Source: Puniceicoccales bacterium Verruco_01
GTDB taxonomy: Bacteria > Verrucomicrobiota > Verrucomicrobiia > Opitutales > Oceanipulchritudinaceae
Assembly (NCBI GenBank): GCA_001604565.1
Contig: LVBV01000015.1
Coordinates: forward strand, 10,719 to 74,718
Reading direction: 5' to 3'
DNA length: 64,000 nt
Positions 44,697 to 53,224 of this stretch are shown here, in pieces. The notes under the pieces are model-generated. The model ran no database searches, was not told the DNA's origin, and saw nothing but the letters and a program-made list of their open reading frames with translations. Positions within the stretch are counted from its first letter, which is position 1. Every line of letters begins with the position of its first letter. The translations under genes and the position numbers were made by a program.

Positions 44697-45956
44697 ATGC
44701 ACCAAAACTCATATCCCAGAATTGTAGTCACAGGCATGGGCCTGATCACCGCGCTCGGCAAGGATCCCGATACCTTTTTCGGGAACCTTCTCGAAGGTAA
44801 GAGTGGCATCGGCTCCATCACCCGCTTTGACTCTTCGGCATTCTCCTGCAAGGTTGCCGGGGAAGTGAACGACTTCGACGCGGGCCAGTACATGGATCCG
44901 CGCGAGGCCCGCAGGGCGGACCGTTTCGCGCAACTGGCCGTGGCGGCTTCCAAACTTGCCGTGAAGAACGCGGCCCTCGATCTGGACAAGACCGACCGCG
45001 ACCGCGTGGGCGTCATCATCGGTTCCGGCATCGGGGGTATGGTCACGATCGAGGAACAGGCGGGGAAACTCTTCTCCGCCGGTCCCCGTCGCGTGTCGCC
45101 GCTCATGGTGCCGATGCTCATCGCCAACATGGCGGGCGGCCTGGTGGCCATCGAGCTCAAGGTCCGCGGCCCGAACTATAGCGTGGTGAGCGCCTGCGCC
45201 ACCGGCAGCCATGCCATCGGCGACGCCGTGCGCATGCTGCGCCTTGGCGAGGCGGACGTGATCCTCGTCGGCGGTGCGGAGGCCTCCATCACCCAGCTCG
45301 GCTTTGCCGGCTTCTGCAACATGAAGGCCATGTCCACGGACTACAACGACACTCCCGCGAAGGCCAGCCGGCCCTTCGACGCCAAGCGCGACGGCTTTGT
45401 GATGGGCGAGGGCTCGGGCGTTCTCGTCCTTGAGACGCTGGAACACGCTCAGGCACGCGGTGCCACGATTCACGCCGAGATCATCGGCCACGCCGCCACC
45501 TGTGACGCCTACCACATCACCGCCCCGGATCCCGAGGGCGTGGCGCTCAAGAAGTGCCTTGAGCTGGCCCTCGCCGACGCGAAGATCAAGCCGGAGGATG
45601 TGGACTACGTCAACGCCCACGGCACCTCCACGCCCTACAACGACGTTTCCGAGACGAACGCCATCAAGGCGGTCTTCGGCGATCATGCCAGAAAGCTCAA
45701 GATCAGTTCCACAAAGAGCATGACGGGCCACCTCCTCGGCGCCGCGGGCGCGGTGGAGGCGATCGCCTCGATCAAGAGCCTGGAAACCGGCTGGATTCAC
45801 CCGACGATCAATTACGAGAATCCCGATCCGGAGTGCGACCTCGACTACGTGCCCAACACGAAGGTCAAGGCCGATCCCGAGATCGCGATGAGCAACAACC
45901 TCGGTTTCGGCGGGCACAACGCCAGCGTGATCTTCAAGCGCTGGGAAAACGCCTGA
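44697..45956 (+). CDS. fabF: beta-ketoacyl-[ACP] synthase II
   Basis: 'RIVVTGMGLITALG', active-site 'SACATGSHAIGDA', 'NAHGTSTPYND' and 'GFGGHNASVIF'. ATG at 44697 (the track's TTG at 44691 is 2 codons upstream). Confidence 0.95.
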   Translation: MHQNSYPRIVVTGMGLITALGKDPDTFFGNLLEGKSGIGSITRFDSSAFSCKVAGEVNDFDAGQYMDPREARRADRFAQLAVAASKLAVKNAALDLDKTDRDRVGVIIGSGIGGMVTIEEQAGKLFSAGPRRVSPLMVPMLIANMAGGLVAIELKVRGPNYSVVSACATGSHAIGDAVRMLRLGEADVILVGGAEASITQLGFAGFCNMKAMSTDYNDTPAKASRPFDAKRDGFVMGEGSGVLVLETLEHAQARGATIHAEIIGHAATCDAYHITAPDPEGVALKKCLELALADAKIKPEDVDYVNAHGTSTPYNDVSETNAIKAVFGDHARKLKISSTKSMTGHLLGAAGAVEAIASIKSLETGWIHPTINYENPDPECDLDYVPNTKVKADPEIAMSNNLGFGGHNASVIFKRWENA

Positions 45957-45980
45957 GCGTTGGATTGACAACCACTTCAA

Positions 45981-46012
45981 GACGCGCGGTTCGCAAGGGC
46001 CGCGCGTTTTTT
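45981..46012 (+). terminator. rho-independent terminator after fabF
   Basis: 'acgcgcgg ttcgcaaggg ccgcgcgt' followed by a T6 run. Confidence 0.8.
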
Positions 46013-46203
46013 GTCGCCCGCGTGACGATTTCGTGCGTCTCAGTTTGGGCTGGCAAGTGCGCGAGGGCTGCCGCATGATGAAATTCATTCATGAAGGAAG
46101 ACAACGCCCCGGCTTGCGATCTTGACGACCATAGTAGGTGCCCCGCCTTTGGGCGGGGGCGATCCGTTGGCGCGCGGCGGGAATTGAAAGGTGGTGAGGG
46201 GCG

Positions 46204-47307
46204 ATGACCGCTCTTGTTCTGGCCATCATTCTGACGCTTTGCGTCTCGTTCTTCTGCTCGCTTCTGGAGGCGTTTCTTCTGAGCACGACCGTGGCCGATG
46301 TGGAGTATCTGAAGAAGTCCTCGCCGCGGCTCGGCGCGCTTCTGGAGCAGTTCCGCGCGGAGATCGACATGTCCAGCTCCGCGATCCTGACGCTCAACAC
46401 CGTGGCGAACACCCTGGGCGCGTCGGTCGTCGGCATGTTGGCTTCCTCGTACTTCGCGCAGAGGCCGGGCGAGCATTACATGGTGTGGGCCGTGCCCGCC
46501 TTCATGGTGGCCGGCATCCTGCTCTTTTCGGAAATCCTGCCGAAGAATCTGGGCGTTGCCTACCGCAGGCCGCTCCAGACCTTCCTCGTGCGCCCGTTGC
46601 AAGTCGTGCGCTTTGCGATGTGGCCGGTGGCGCTCTTCGCCCGGTTCACCGTGCGCGCTCTTTTGCCCGAGGCGAACGAAAAAAAGGAGGAAAAGGAACA
46701 GGAGGAGGCGATTCTCCTTCTTGCCGACAAGAGCGCCAAGGAGGGCGCCCTCTCCACGAGCGAGCGCGACATGATCGCCAACGCCCTGTCGCTGGACGAC
46801 ATCCGTCTTTCGGAGATCATGACCCCGCGCACCGTCGTCACCTTCCTGTCCGCCTCGGACTCCGTCGCGGAAGTCATGCGCCGCTTCAAGGTGATTCCCT
46901 TTGCCCGCATCCCCGTGTACCGCGGGAGCATGGACGAGGTGGTGGGCCTTGTCCGCCGCCGGGACATCATGCAGGCGAGCGCCGAGGACCGCGACAGCGT
47001 CCTGATCGGCGAAATGACCGCGCCGATCCCGATCATTCCGGAGACGGCGAGCGCCCTCGACGCTCTTCAGCTTTTCCTCAAGGAGCACCAGCAACTGGCC
47101 CTCGTCGTCGATGAATTCGGCTCCACGGCGGGCGTCGTGACGATGGAGGACGTGATCGAGCACCTTCTGGGCCGCGAGATCTACGAGGAAACGGACATGG
47201 CGATCGACATGCGCGACCTTGCCCGGCGCCGCGCGCGCCGCTGGGCCGCGAAGTCCTCCGCCGACGGCGGCGACACCCCTCCGCAGGCCGAGCGCCGGGA
47301 CGCCTAG
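46204..47307 (+). CDS. CNNM/DUF21 transmembrane domain plus CBS-pair protein (hemolysin/CorC-family transporter, no CorC_HlyC domain)
   Basis: 'FFCSLLEAFLLS', 'NTVANTLGA' and 'EILPKNLG' (DUF21), then 'IMTPRTVV...ARIPVY...VVDEFGSTAGVVTMEDVIEHLLG' (CBS pair). Arg-rich tail. Confidence 0.85.
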   Translation: MTALVLAIILTLCVSFFCSLLEAFLLSTTVADVEYLKKSSPRLGALLEQFRAEIDMSSSAILTLNTVANTLGASVVGMLASSYFAQRPGEHYMVWAVPAFMVAGILLFSEILPKNLGVAYRRPLQTFLVRPLQVVRFAMWPVALFARFTVRALLPEANEKKEEKEQEEAILLLADKSAKEGALSTSERDMIANALSLDDIRLSEIMTPRTVVTFLSASDSVAEVMRRFKVIPFARIPVYRGSMDEVVGLVRRRDIMQASAEDRDSVLIGEMTAPIPIIPETASALDALQLFLKEHQQLALVVDEFGSTAGVVTMEDVIEHLLGREIYEETDMAIDMRDLARRRARRWAAKSSADGGDTPPQAERRDA

Positions 47308-47315
47308 AGCCCCAG

Positions 47316-48308
47316 CTAGACGCCCTGCCGCGCGATCTCGCCCGCGAAGTAGGATAGGATGATGTCCGCGCCCGCGCGCTTGATCGCAAGGAGGGACTCG
47401 TCGCGCGTTCTTTCGCGGTCGAGCCAGCCCATTTGTGCGGCGGCCACGATCTGCGAGTATTCGCCGGAAACCTGATACGCCGCAACAGGCAGGTTCGTCG
47501 CCGTGCGGGTTTGCCGGAGGATGTCCAGGTACGGCCCGGCGGGCTTCACCATCACGATGTCCGCGCCCTCGGCCTCGTCGAGGGCCACTTCGCGTGCGGC
47601 GGCGCGGGCGTTGGCGGGATCGAGCTGATACGTGTCCTTGTTGAGGAGCGTCGTCCCGGCGGCGGAGGCGCTCCCCACCGCGTCGCGGAAAGGGCCGTAG
47701 TACGCGCTGGAAAACTTGGCGCTGTAGGCGAGGAGGCCCGTCCCCTCATACCCCGTCGCGTCGAGGGCGGCCCGGATCGCACCGATGCGCCCGTCCATCA
47801 TGTCGCTCGGCGCGACGAAATCGACGCCCGCCTCGGCATGCAGGAGGGCCATCTTACAGAGGATTTCCACCGTGGCGTCGTTGTCCACGTCGGAGCCGTC
47901 CTCCGTAAGAACCCCGTCGTGCCCGTGGCTCGTGTAAGGGTCCAGCGCGATATCCGTAAAGAGCAGCAATTTCGGCACGGCGGCCTTTACGGCGCGGACG
48001 GCGCGCAGAATGAGGGTCTTCTTGCTCAGGGCCTCGGTCCCGCGCGGGTCCTTGAGCCGCGCGTCGAGCTTGGGGAAGAGCGCCACGCCACGGATGCCCG
48101 CCTCGTACAATTCGCGACATTCGGCCACGAGCTGGGAAATCGTCAGGCGCCGCTGACCGGGCATGGAGGCGATTTCCTCAGCCGGGCCGCTGCCGTCGAT
48201 GACAAAGAGCGGCTGGACGAGGTCCTGCGGCGTGACGCTGTTCTCGCGGACAAGATCGCGGATTTCGGCGGATTTGCGGAGCCTTCTCGGGCGGATCGGA
48301 AGATTCAT
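47316..48308 (-). CDS. hemB: porphobilinogen synthase
   Basis: 'RPRRLRKSAEIRDLVRE', 'DIALDPYTSHGHDGV', 'MVKPAGPYLDI' (Schiff-base Lys) and 'YQVSGEY'. Confidence 0.95.
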   Translation of the reverse strand: MNLPIRPRRLRKSAEIRDLVRENSVTPQDLVQPLFVIDGSGPAEEIASMPGQRRLTISQLVAECRELYEAGIRGVALFPKLDARLKDPRGTEALSKKTLILRAVRAVKAAVPKLLLFTDIALDPYTSHGHDGVLTEDGSDVDNDATVEILCKMALLHAEAGVDFVAPSDMMDGRIGAIRAALDATGYEGTGLLAYSAKFSSAYYGPFRDAVGSASAAGTTLLNKDTYQLDPANARAAAREVALDEAEGADIVMVKPAGPYLDILRQTRTATNLPVAAYQVSGEYSQIVAAAQMGWLDRERTRDESLLAIKRAGADIILSYFAGEIARQGV

Positions 48309-48373
48309 CGGGTGCCTCTTTCTAGGTAGTTAACACCCATGCGGGGAGGGTACTCAAGGCGCTTTGACGGAAA

Positions 48374-49252
48374 CTACGCCTCCTTCGCAGCCTTGGGGGC
48401 CGATTCGTCCGTTTTCCCCGCCGCTTCGGCAAGGCGTGCCTTCGCCACAGCCACATACTCGGCGTCGATGTCGTAGCCCGTGAAGCTGCGGACGCCTTCA
48501 AAGTAGGCCGCGAGGGCGGAGGAGCCGATGCCGAGGAAGGGGTCCATCACGCGCGTTTGGGCGTTTGCCCCGGCGATCTTCAGGCAGTTGCGCGCGAGCT
48601 CCACCGGGAAGGTGGCGGGATGGGGGCGGTCCGTCGAGCGGCGCTGGATCGTCTCGTAGGGGACGAACCAGACGTTCCCCCGGCAGCGTTTGTCCCGCCC
48701 GCCCGTGTGCCCCCAGCGCGCGATGTTGCTTTTATCCTGATAGGGCACACCGAGTGCGAGGCGTTCCAGCGGCACGTTGCCGGTCTTGGTCAGGTGGAAG
48801 ACGTATTCGTGGCAGTCGTTCACAAACCGCTTCGAGTTGATCGGCTTGAAGTGGCCGACCGAGACGAAGTCGCCGTCTTCTCCCTTCGGGTCCGGCACGC
48901 TGATCGACTTCACCCAGTGGAACGTGTTCTGTAGCTTCCACCCGCACTCGCAGGCAAGGAGCGCCATCTGGTGCGGGAACAAGGGTTCCTTCGGCGAGGC
49001 GCCCACATTGAGGAAGAACGAGCCGCCATCGGAAAGCACCCGCAGGATTTCCGTCATCCACACCCGGCACCACGTCAGATACTCCGCGCGGGAAGAAGTG
49101 TCGTCATAAGTTAAATAGTGAATTCCAAGGTTATAAGGAGGTGAAGTGACGACAATGTCTTTGCTCCCGCCGGGCATCCGACGCATGCCTGAAACGCAGT
49201 CACAGCATTCTAGCCAAAAACGAAGATCTTCATCGCGTTTTGTTTCGCCCAT
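48374..49252 (-). CDS. beta-class site-specific DNA methyltransferase (N4-cytosine or N6-adenine)
   Basis: Motif IV 'VVTSPPYN' lies near the N-terminus and motif I 'VMDPFLGIGSS' near the C-terminus (circularly permuted beta order). 'HPATFPVELA' is also present. The 5' ~170 nt use AT-ending codons. Confidence 0.9.
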   Translation of the reverse strand: MGETKRDEDLRFWLECCDCVSGMRRMPGGSKDIVVTSPPYNLGIHYLTYDDTSSRAEYLTWCRVWMTEILRVLSDGGSFFLNVGASPKEPLFPHQMALLACECGWKLQNTFHWVKSISVPDPKGEDGDFVSVGHFKPINSKRFVNDCHEYVFHLTKTGNVPLERLALGVPYQDKSNIARWGHTGGRDKRCRGNVWFVPYETIQRRSTDRPHPATFPVELARNCLKIAGANAQTRVMDPFLGIGSSALAAYFEGVRSFTGYDIDAEYVAVAKARLAEAAGKTDESAPKAAKEA

Positions 49253-49254
49253 GA

Positions 49255-49308
49255 TTGTACAATGGGCACTTTTATAAAAAGTACAAGCAGAAATTGAAAA
49301 ATGTACAT
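49255..49308. promoter_or_regulatory. cluster of GTAC-centred palindromes (TTGTACAA ... GTACAA ... ATGTACAT) in the spacer upstream of the methyltransferase
   Basis: Perfect 8-nt palindromes at 49255-49262 and 49301-49308, plus 'agtacaag' at 49280-49287, in a 74-bp AT-rich spacer. Any role is inferred. Confidence 0.25.
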
Positions 49309-49326
49309 CAAATATATAAGTGACTA

Positions 49327-49584
49327 TTATCTACCGAGTTCAGGTCCGAGGGACCGCTGGAAAATTGTCAATAATCTTGTCTGAAATCCACCGTTTCCCA
49401 TATCAAAAGCATATCGAGGAATTTTTTCCAATTCTTCGTCGGAGAGAGTTATTTTCCCTGTGTTTTTGTCACATATTTCCTGCAGATGAATAATGAAACC
49501 CTGCCATCCCCCTCGACTACGGGTGTCGGGATTCTGTTCGAAAAGCGTGGCTACTTCATTCGGATTTAGAATTAACGTTCTCAT
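49327..49584 (-). CDS. small hypothetical protein (85 aa) upstream of and co-oriented with the methyltransferase
   Basis: 'MRTLILNPNEVATLFEQNPDTRSRGGWQGFIIHLQ...IPRYAFDMGNGGFQTRLLTIFQRSLGPELGR' has two GG[WF]Q motifs. AT-rich codons. I believe similar small ORFs sit beside orphan methylases elsewhere, but I cannot name a family. An alternative start is at 49620. Confidence 0.55.
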   Translation of the reverse strand: MRTLILNPNEVATLFEQNPDTRSRGGWQGFIIHLQEICDKNTGKITLSDEELEKIPRYAFDMGNGGFQTRLLTIFQRSLGPELGR

Positions 49585-49630
49585 TGAACGAAGGAAAACG
49601 TTTCCACATTTACGTAGCAACGCGAAACCG

Positions 49631-50782
49631 TTACTCCACCTCCAGAATCGCGCCCTTGAGGTATTCGGTCTCGGGGATGCCGAGGATCGCGGGATGGTCC
49701 TTGGGCTGGGTCGATAGTTCCACTAGGCGCACGCGGCGGCCCGCGTCGAGCGCGGCGGCGGTGAGGACTTCCTGATACATCTCGCGCGTGACGCTCTTGG
49801 AGCAGGAGTAGGTGGCGAGGATGCCGCCGGGGGAAAGCATTCGCATGGCGCGCAGGTTCAGCTCCTTGTAGCCGCGCAGGGCTCCGGGGACGGACGCCTT
49901 GTTGCGCGCGAAGCTCGGGGGGTCCAGCACGATGAGGTCGAAGATTTCCTCGCGCTTTTCCGTGAAGTAATCGAAGAGGTTTTCCGCGAGGAATTCGGCG
50001 GCGAGGCCGTTTTTCTGGGCATTCGCTCGCGCCTGCGCGACGGCCAGGGCGCTCGAATCAATGCCGAGGACGCTCGCCGCGCCCGCCTTCGCGCACTGGA
50101 GGCCGAAGGCGCCCTGATTGCAGAAACCGTCGAGGACGCGGCGACCTTTTGCAAATTCCGCCACGCGCCGGTGCTGGGCGCGCTGGTCGAGGTAGAATCC
50201 CGTCTTCTGCCCGCCCGCGAGGTCGAGGTAGTAGGCGACTCCGTCGATCTCCTGCCAGAAGGGGGTGAGCGGGGTGCCGGAAAGGGTTTCGACGACGCTT
50301 TCGAGGCCCTCGTACCGGCGGCCCGGCGCGTCGTTCCGGAAGAGGACCTCGCGCGCGTTCGTCGCCGTTTTCAGAATTTGGGCGATTTCCGCCGCGTGCT
50401 TCTCCATGCCGAGGGTGAGGGTTTGCAGCACCACCACGTCCCCGTACTGGTCCGCCACAAGGCCGGGGAGTTCGTCCGCCTCGCTCCAGACGAGGCGTCG
50501 GACGGCCTCCGAGTCTCGCCGGGCGAGGGCTTTCGCGATCGCCTCCTTGAGGAAGGTCGCATCGAACTCGGCCTCGTCCCTTGCATAGCGGCGCCAGACG
50601 ATGCTGCTCTTGCCGTTGTAGAGGCCGCTCCCGAGGAGCCGCCCGCGCGCGTCGCGGAGAATCACGCCCGTCCCGTCCGCCTCTTGCGGCAGCGGTTTTG
50701 CGATTTCTCCCGCAAAAACCCAAGGGTGGCCGTTCAGGGCCCGGCAGTTGCGCGCGTCACGGGAAAGAGATAATTCCAGCAT
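49631..50782 (-). CDS. rlmI: class I SAM-dependent 23S rRNA (cytosine-C5) methyltransferase, RlmI-like (PUA plus MTase)
   Basis: 'GHPWVFAGEI', 'LPGLVADQYGDVVVLQ', 'QKTGFYLDQR', 'VLDGFCNQGAFG', 'DLIVLDPPSFA'. 383 aa. Confidence 0.85.
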   Translation of the reverse strand: MLELSLSRDARNCRALNGHPWVFAGEIAKPLPQEADGTGVILRDARGRLLGSGLYNGKSSIVWRRYARDEAEFDATFLKEAIAKALARRDSEAVRRLVWSEADELPGLVADQYGDVVVLQTLTLGMEKHAAEIAQILKTATNAREVLFRNDAPGRRYEGLESVVETLSGTPLTPFWQEIDGVAYYLDLAGGQKTGFYLDQRAQHRRVAEFAKGRRVLDGFCNQGAFGLQCAKAGAASVLGIDSSALAVAQARANAQKNGLAAEFLAENLFDYFTEKREEIFDLIVLDPPSFARNKASVPGALRGYKELNLRAMRMLSPGGILATYSCSKSVTREMYQEVLTAAALDAGRRVRLVELSTQPKDHPAILGIPETEYLKGAILEVE

Positions 50783-50846
50783 CCCTGCGATCCTGCGGCA
50801 AAACGGGCCCCGGCGGAAGTCAATTTCGCTGGGGAAGGCGGGGACG

Positions 50847-50875
50847 CAAAACGGCGGAGGTTTCCCTCCGCCGTT
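50847..50875 (-). terminator. rho-independent terminator after the peroxiredoxin gene
   Basis: Minus strand: 'acggcggagg gaaa cctccgccgt tttg'. 10-bp perfect stem about 27 nt after the stop. Confidence 0.7.
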
Positions 50876-50901
50876 ATCCGGGGCGAATCAAAGAAGTTGA
50901 G

Positions 50902-51627
50902 TTACTTCTTCAGGAGCTTGTCGTTGATTGTCTCCGCGGAGATCGCCTTCGTGCAGAAGAACCAGTCGTGGCAGACGATGCCCTCGCTCCTGTCGGCCAT
51001 GCGGTCCTTGGCGAGGCCGCAGGAACCCGGCGGCGGCACGATGACGGGGTCGCCCGGGCGCCAGTCGGCGGGCGTCGCGCAGCTGAAGGCGTCCGCCGTC
51101 TGCATCGCGATGAGCGCGCGGTAGAGTTCGTCGAAGTTGCGGCCCGTGGAAAGCGGGTAATACACCATCGCGCGGATGATGCCCTTGGGGTCGATGAAGA
51201 ACACGGCGCGGACGGCCTTGGTGGAACTCTCGCCCGGCTGGATCATGCCGTATTTCTTCGCGACGGACATCGTGATGTCCTCGATGAGCGGGAACTTGAC
51301 CTCCACGTCCTTCATGCCGCGGTACTCGATCTTTTCCCTGATCGTGCGCAGCCACGCGATGTGCGAGAAGAGGCCGTCCACCGAGAGGCCCACGAGCTTG
51401 CAGTTGGCCTTGGCGAACTTCCCCTCCAGCGAGGCGAAGGTCATGAATTCGGAAGTGCAGACGGGCGTGAAGTCCGCCGGGTGGCTGAAGAGGATGACCC
51501 AGCTTCCGGCATATTGCTCGGGGAATTTGATTTCGCCCTGCGTCGTCACGGCGGTGAAGGAGGGAGCCTTGTCGCCGATGCGGGGCATCGGGACGGTTTC
51601 ATTACAGTTGCATTCGCAGTTTTCCAT
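50902..51627 (-). CDS. peroxiredoxin (Prx6/1-Cys-like subfamily)
   Basis: 'WVILFSHPADFTPVCTSEF' (peroxidatic Cys), 'GLSVDGLFSHIAW', 'RAVFFIDPKGIIR'. Start is either 'MENCECNCNE...' (51627) or 'MPRIGDKAP' (51588). Confidence 0.9.
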   Translation of the reverse strand: MENCECNCNETVPMPRIGDKAPSFTAVTTQGEIKFPEQYAGSWVILFSHPADFTPVCTSEFMTFASLEGKFAKANCKLVGLSVDGLFSHIAWLRTIREKIEYRGMKDVEVKFPLIEDITMSVAKKYGMIQPGESSTKAVRAVFFIDPKGIIRAMVYYPLSTGRNFDELYRALIAMQTADAFSCATPADWRPGDPVIVPPPGSCGLAKDRMADRSEGIVCHDWFFCTKAISAETINDKLLKK

Positions 51628-51763
51628 GGTTTTGCGGGATTGTGGTTGAAAGGGAGGGGGAAATGAGGTCTCTCCCGTGAAATGTATCACGGTTTCCTTT
51701 CATGAGAGGGCCAAGCGTGAATTTTCATCCCTCAAAAATGCAAACATGCGGATAACGCGACGC

Positions 51764-52309
51764 TCAGTAGAGAATCGGGTAGCCTGCGGGATCCTCGCCG
51801 GAGACGGTGATGATGGCCCGCCTTTGCAGTTCCATCCACCAGAAGGCGGCCATTCCGCAGAAGAGGGAGGAAAGGACCATGTCTGTCAGGATGCGTGAAA
51901 GCGGTGCGTGAACCCCCAGAATTCCCGCCGCGATCCATTCCCCGCCGCAGCAGAGCGCCTCCATGAAAAGGGCCAGCCAGAAGACGTGCCCCGGGTTCTC
52001 GCGCCGGATGCGGACGCGCCAGGGCGTCATGACAACGAGCACGGCAAGGTAGATGACTAGCTCCGTTCCGAAGGGCAGGGGGCTGAAGGCGCCTAGGGCC
52101 AGCGCCACGAAAACCGTCTGCGGCAGGCCGTGGGCAAAGCGCAGGTAGAAGAGCGGGAAGACGAGGTAGAGGGCGTCGGTGTGAATCCAGAAGGAGGACC
52201 CTGCCGAGGCCAGCATCTGGTTACTGTGCTGGACGATCATCGCAAGAAGGATGCTTGCGAGTGGCGGCAGCCAGAGCCGGGCATTTTTCCTGCGCTTGCG
52301 CCGGGCCAT
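51764..52309 (-). CDS. mreD: rod shape-determining protein MreD (by position and topology)
   Basis: 181-aa polytopic membrane protein whose ATG abuts the mreC stop. Sequence conservation of MreD is weak, so the call rests on context. Confidence 0.55.
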   Translation of the reverse strand: MARRKRRKNARLWLPPLASILLAMIVQHSNQMLASAGSSFWIHTDALYLVFPLFYLRFAHGLPQTVFVALALGAFSPLPFGTELVIYLAVLVVMTPWRVRIRRENPGHVFWLALFMEALCCGGEWIAAGILGVHAPLSRILTDMVLSSLFCGMAAFWWMELQRRAIITVSGEDPAGYPILY

Positions 52310-53224
52310 TTACTTTTCCCCCGTTTCCACCGGGATCATCACCGCCACCTCCTGCACCGAGACGAGGCTCGGGTTGAGGAGCACGTCCCCGCGCTGGAAG
52401 AGGCCGTCGCTGTCGCGCTCCATCGCGCGGATAAAGCCGATCGTGAGGCCGTCGGGGAAGTCGCCGCCCAGGCGACTCGTGACGAGGCGCAGGGGTTTGG
52501 AGGGATTGACGGAAATGTCCGCCGGGATGTTCGTCGCAAGGCCTCCGGGGTCCTTGAAGACCGGCGCGGGCACGCCGAGGAAGGTGACGGGCCGCTCGTC
52601 GCCCTCGATGTGCGCCGCCACACGGAAGGCGCTGCTGGAGACCAGTTCCACGACGCTCGTCTTCGCATGGACCTCCACCACGCGGCCCACCACGCCGTCG
52701 CGGCAGACGACGCCCTGTCCCTTGCGCACTCCGTCGGAAACCCCGCGTTCGATCACGATGCGCTGCCACCAAGTGTCGAGGTCGCGCCGGACGACCCTTG
52801 CGACGAGGTAGCGCCAGCCCTGTAGCGGGGGCATGCCCGTCAGAGTCTGAAGGCGCCGCACCTCCGCGTCGATCGCGTCGGCCTGCTGGAGGCGTAGCAT
52901 GTACGCGGCATTCAGACGCGCGAGGTCGCGTCCCGCCTCGGTCAGTTCGCTCCGCGAATGGGTGCGGTCGGTCCAGAGCGATTGCAGGTCGGCGAGTTTT
53001 TCCAGCATCGTCCACGCCGGGGCCTGACACTCGTAAAAGGAAACCCGCACCATTCCCCTCAGTGCCGCGGGCACGATCCACCACGCCGCGACGACTAAAG
53101 CGGCGTACACAAGCGGCTTGAAAGGTTGGAAACGGGAGCGGGACAAGGGTTTCCGGGGTCTTTTTCTGGAATATCCCAACGCAGCCCCTTTGTAAACGGG
53201 GATCGCGGGAAAAGCCCCTGACAC
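52310..53224 (-). CDS. mreC: rod shape-determining protein MreC
   Basis: N-terminal TM, coiled-coil segment 'ELTEAGRDLARLNAAYMLRLQQADAIDAEVRRLQ', then 'GVRKGQGVVCRDGVVGRVVEV' and 'GDFPDGLTIG' beta-barrel repeats. Confidence 0.85.
   Translation of the reverse strand: MSGAFPAIPVYKGAALGYSRKRPRKPLSRSRFQPFKPLVYAALVVAAWWIVPAALRGMVRVSFYECQAPAWTMLEKLADLQSLWTDRTHSRSELTEAGRDLARLNAAYMLRLQQADAIDAEVRRLQTLTGMPPLQGWRYLVARVVRRDLDTWWQRIVIERGVSDGVRKGQGVVCRDGVVGRVVEVHAKTSVVELVSSSAFRVAAHIEGDERPVTFLGVPAPVFKDPGGLATNIPADISVNPSKPLRLVTSRLGGDFPDGLTIGFIRAMERDSDGLFQRGDVLLNPSLVSVQEVAVMIPVETGEK

Noticed and set aside
46090-46203. Possible riboswitch (Mg/Mn class) in the leader of the CNNM/CBS transporter, which contains a 7-bp hairpin 'ccccgcc tttg ggcgggg'
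   Set aside because: I cannot match the conserved cores of the M-box or yybP-ykoY by eye, and a single hairpin is insufficient. An Infernal/Rfam scan would be needed.
44709-47163. 459-aa (44709..46088) and 409-aa (45934..47163) minus-strand ORFs
   Set aside because: Antisense to fabF and to the CNNM/CBS transporter respectively. Both are low-complexity Arg/Gly/His-rich translations.
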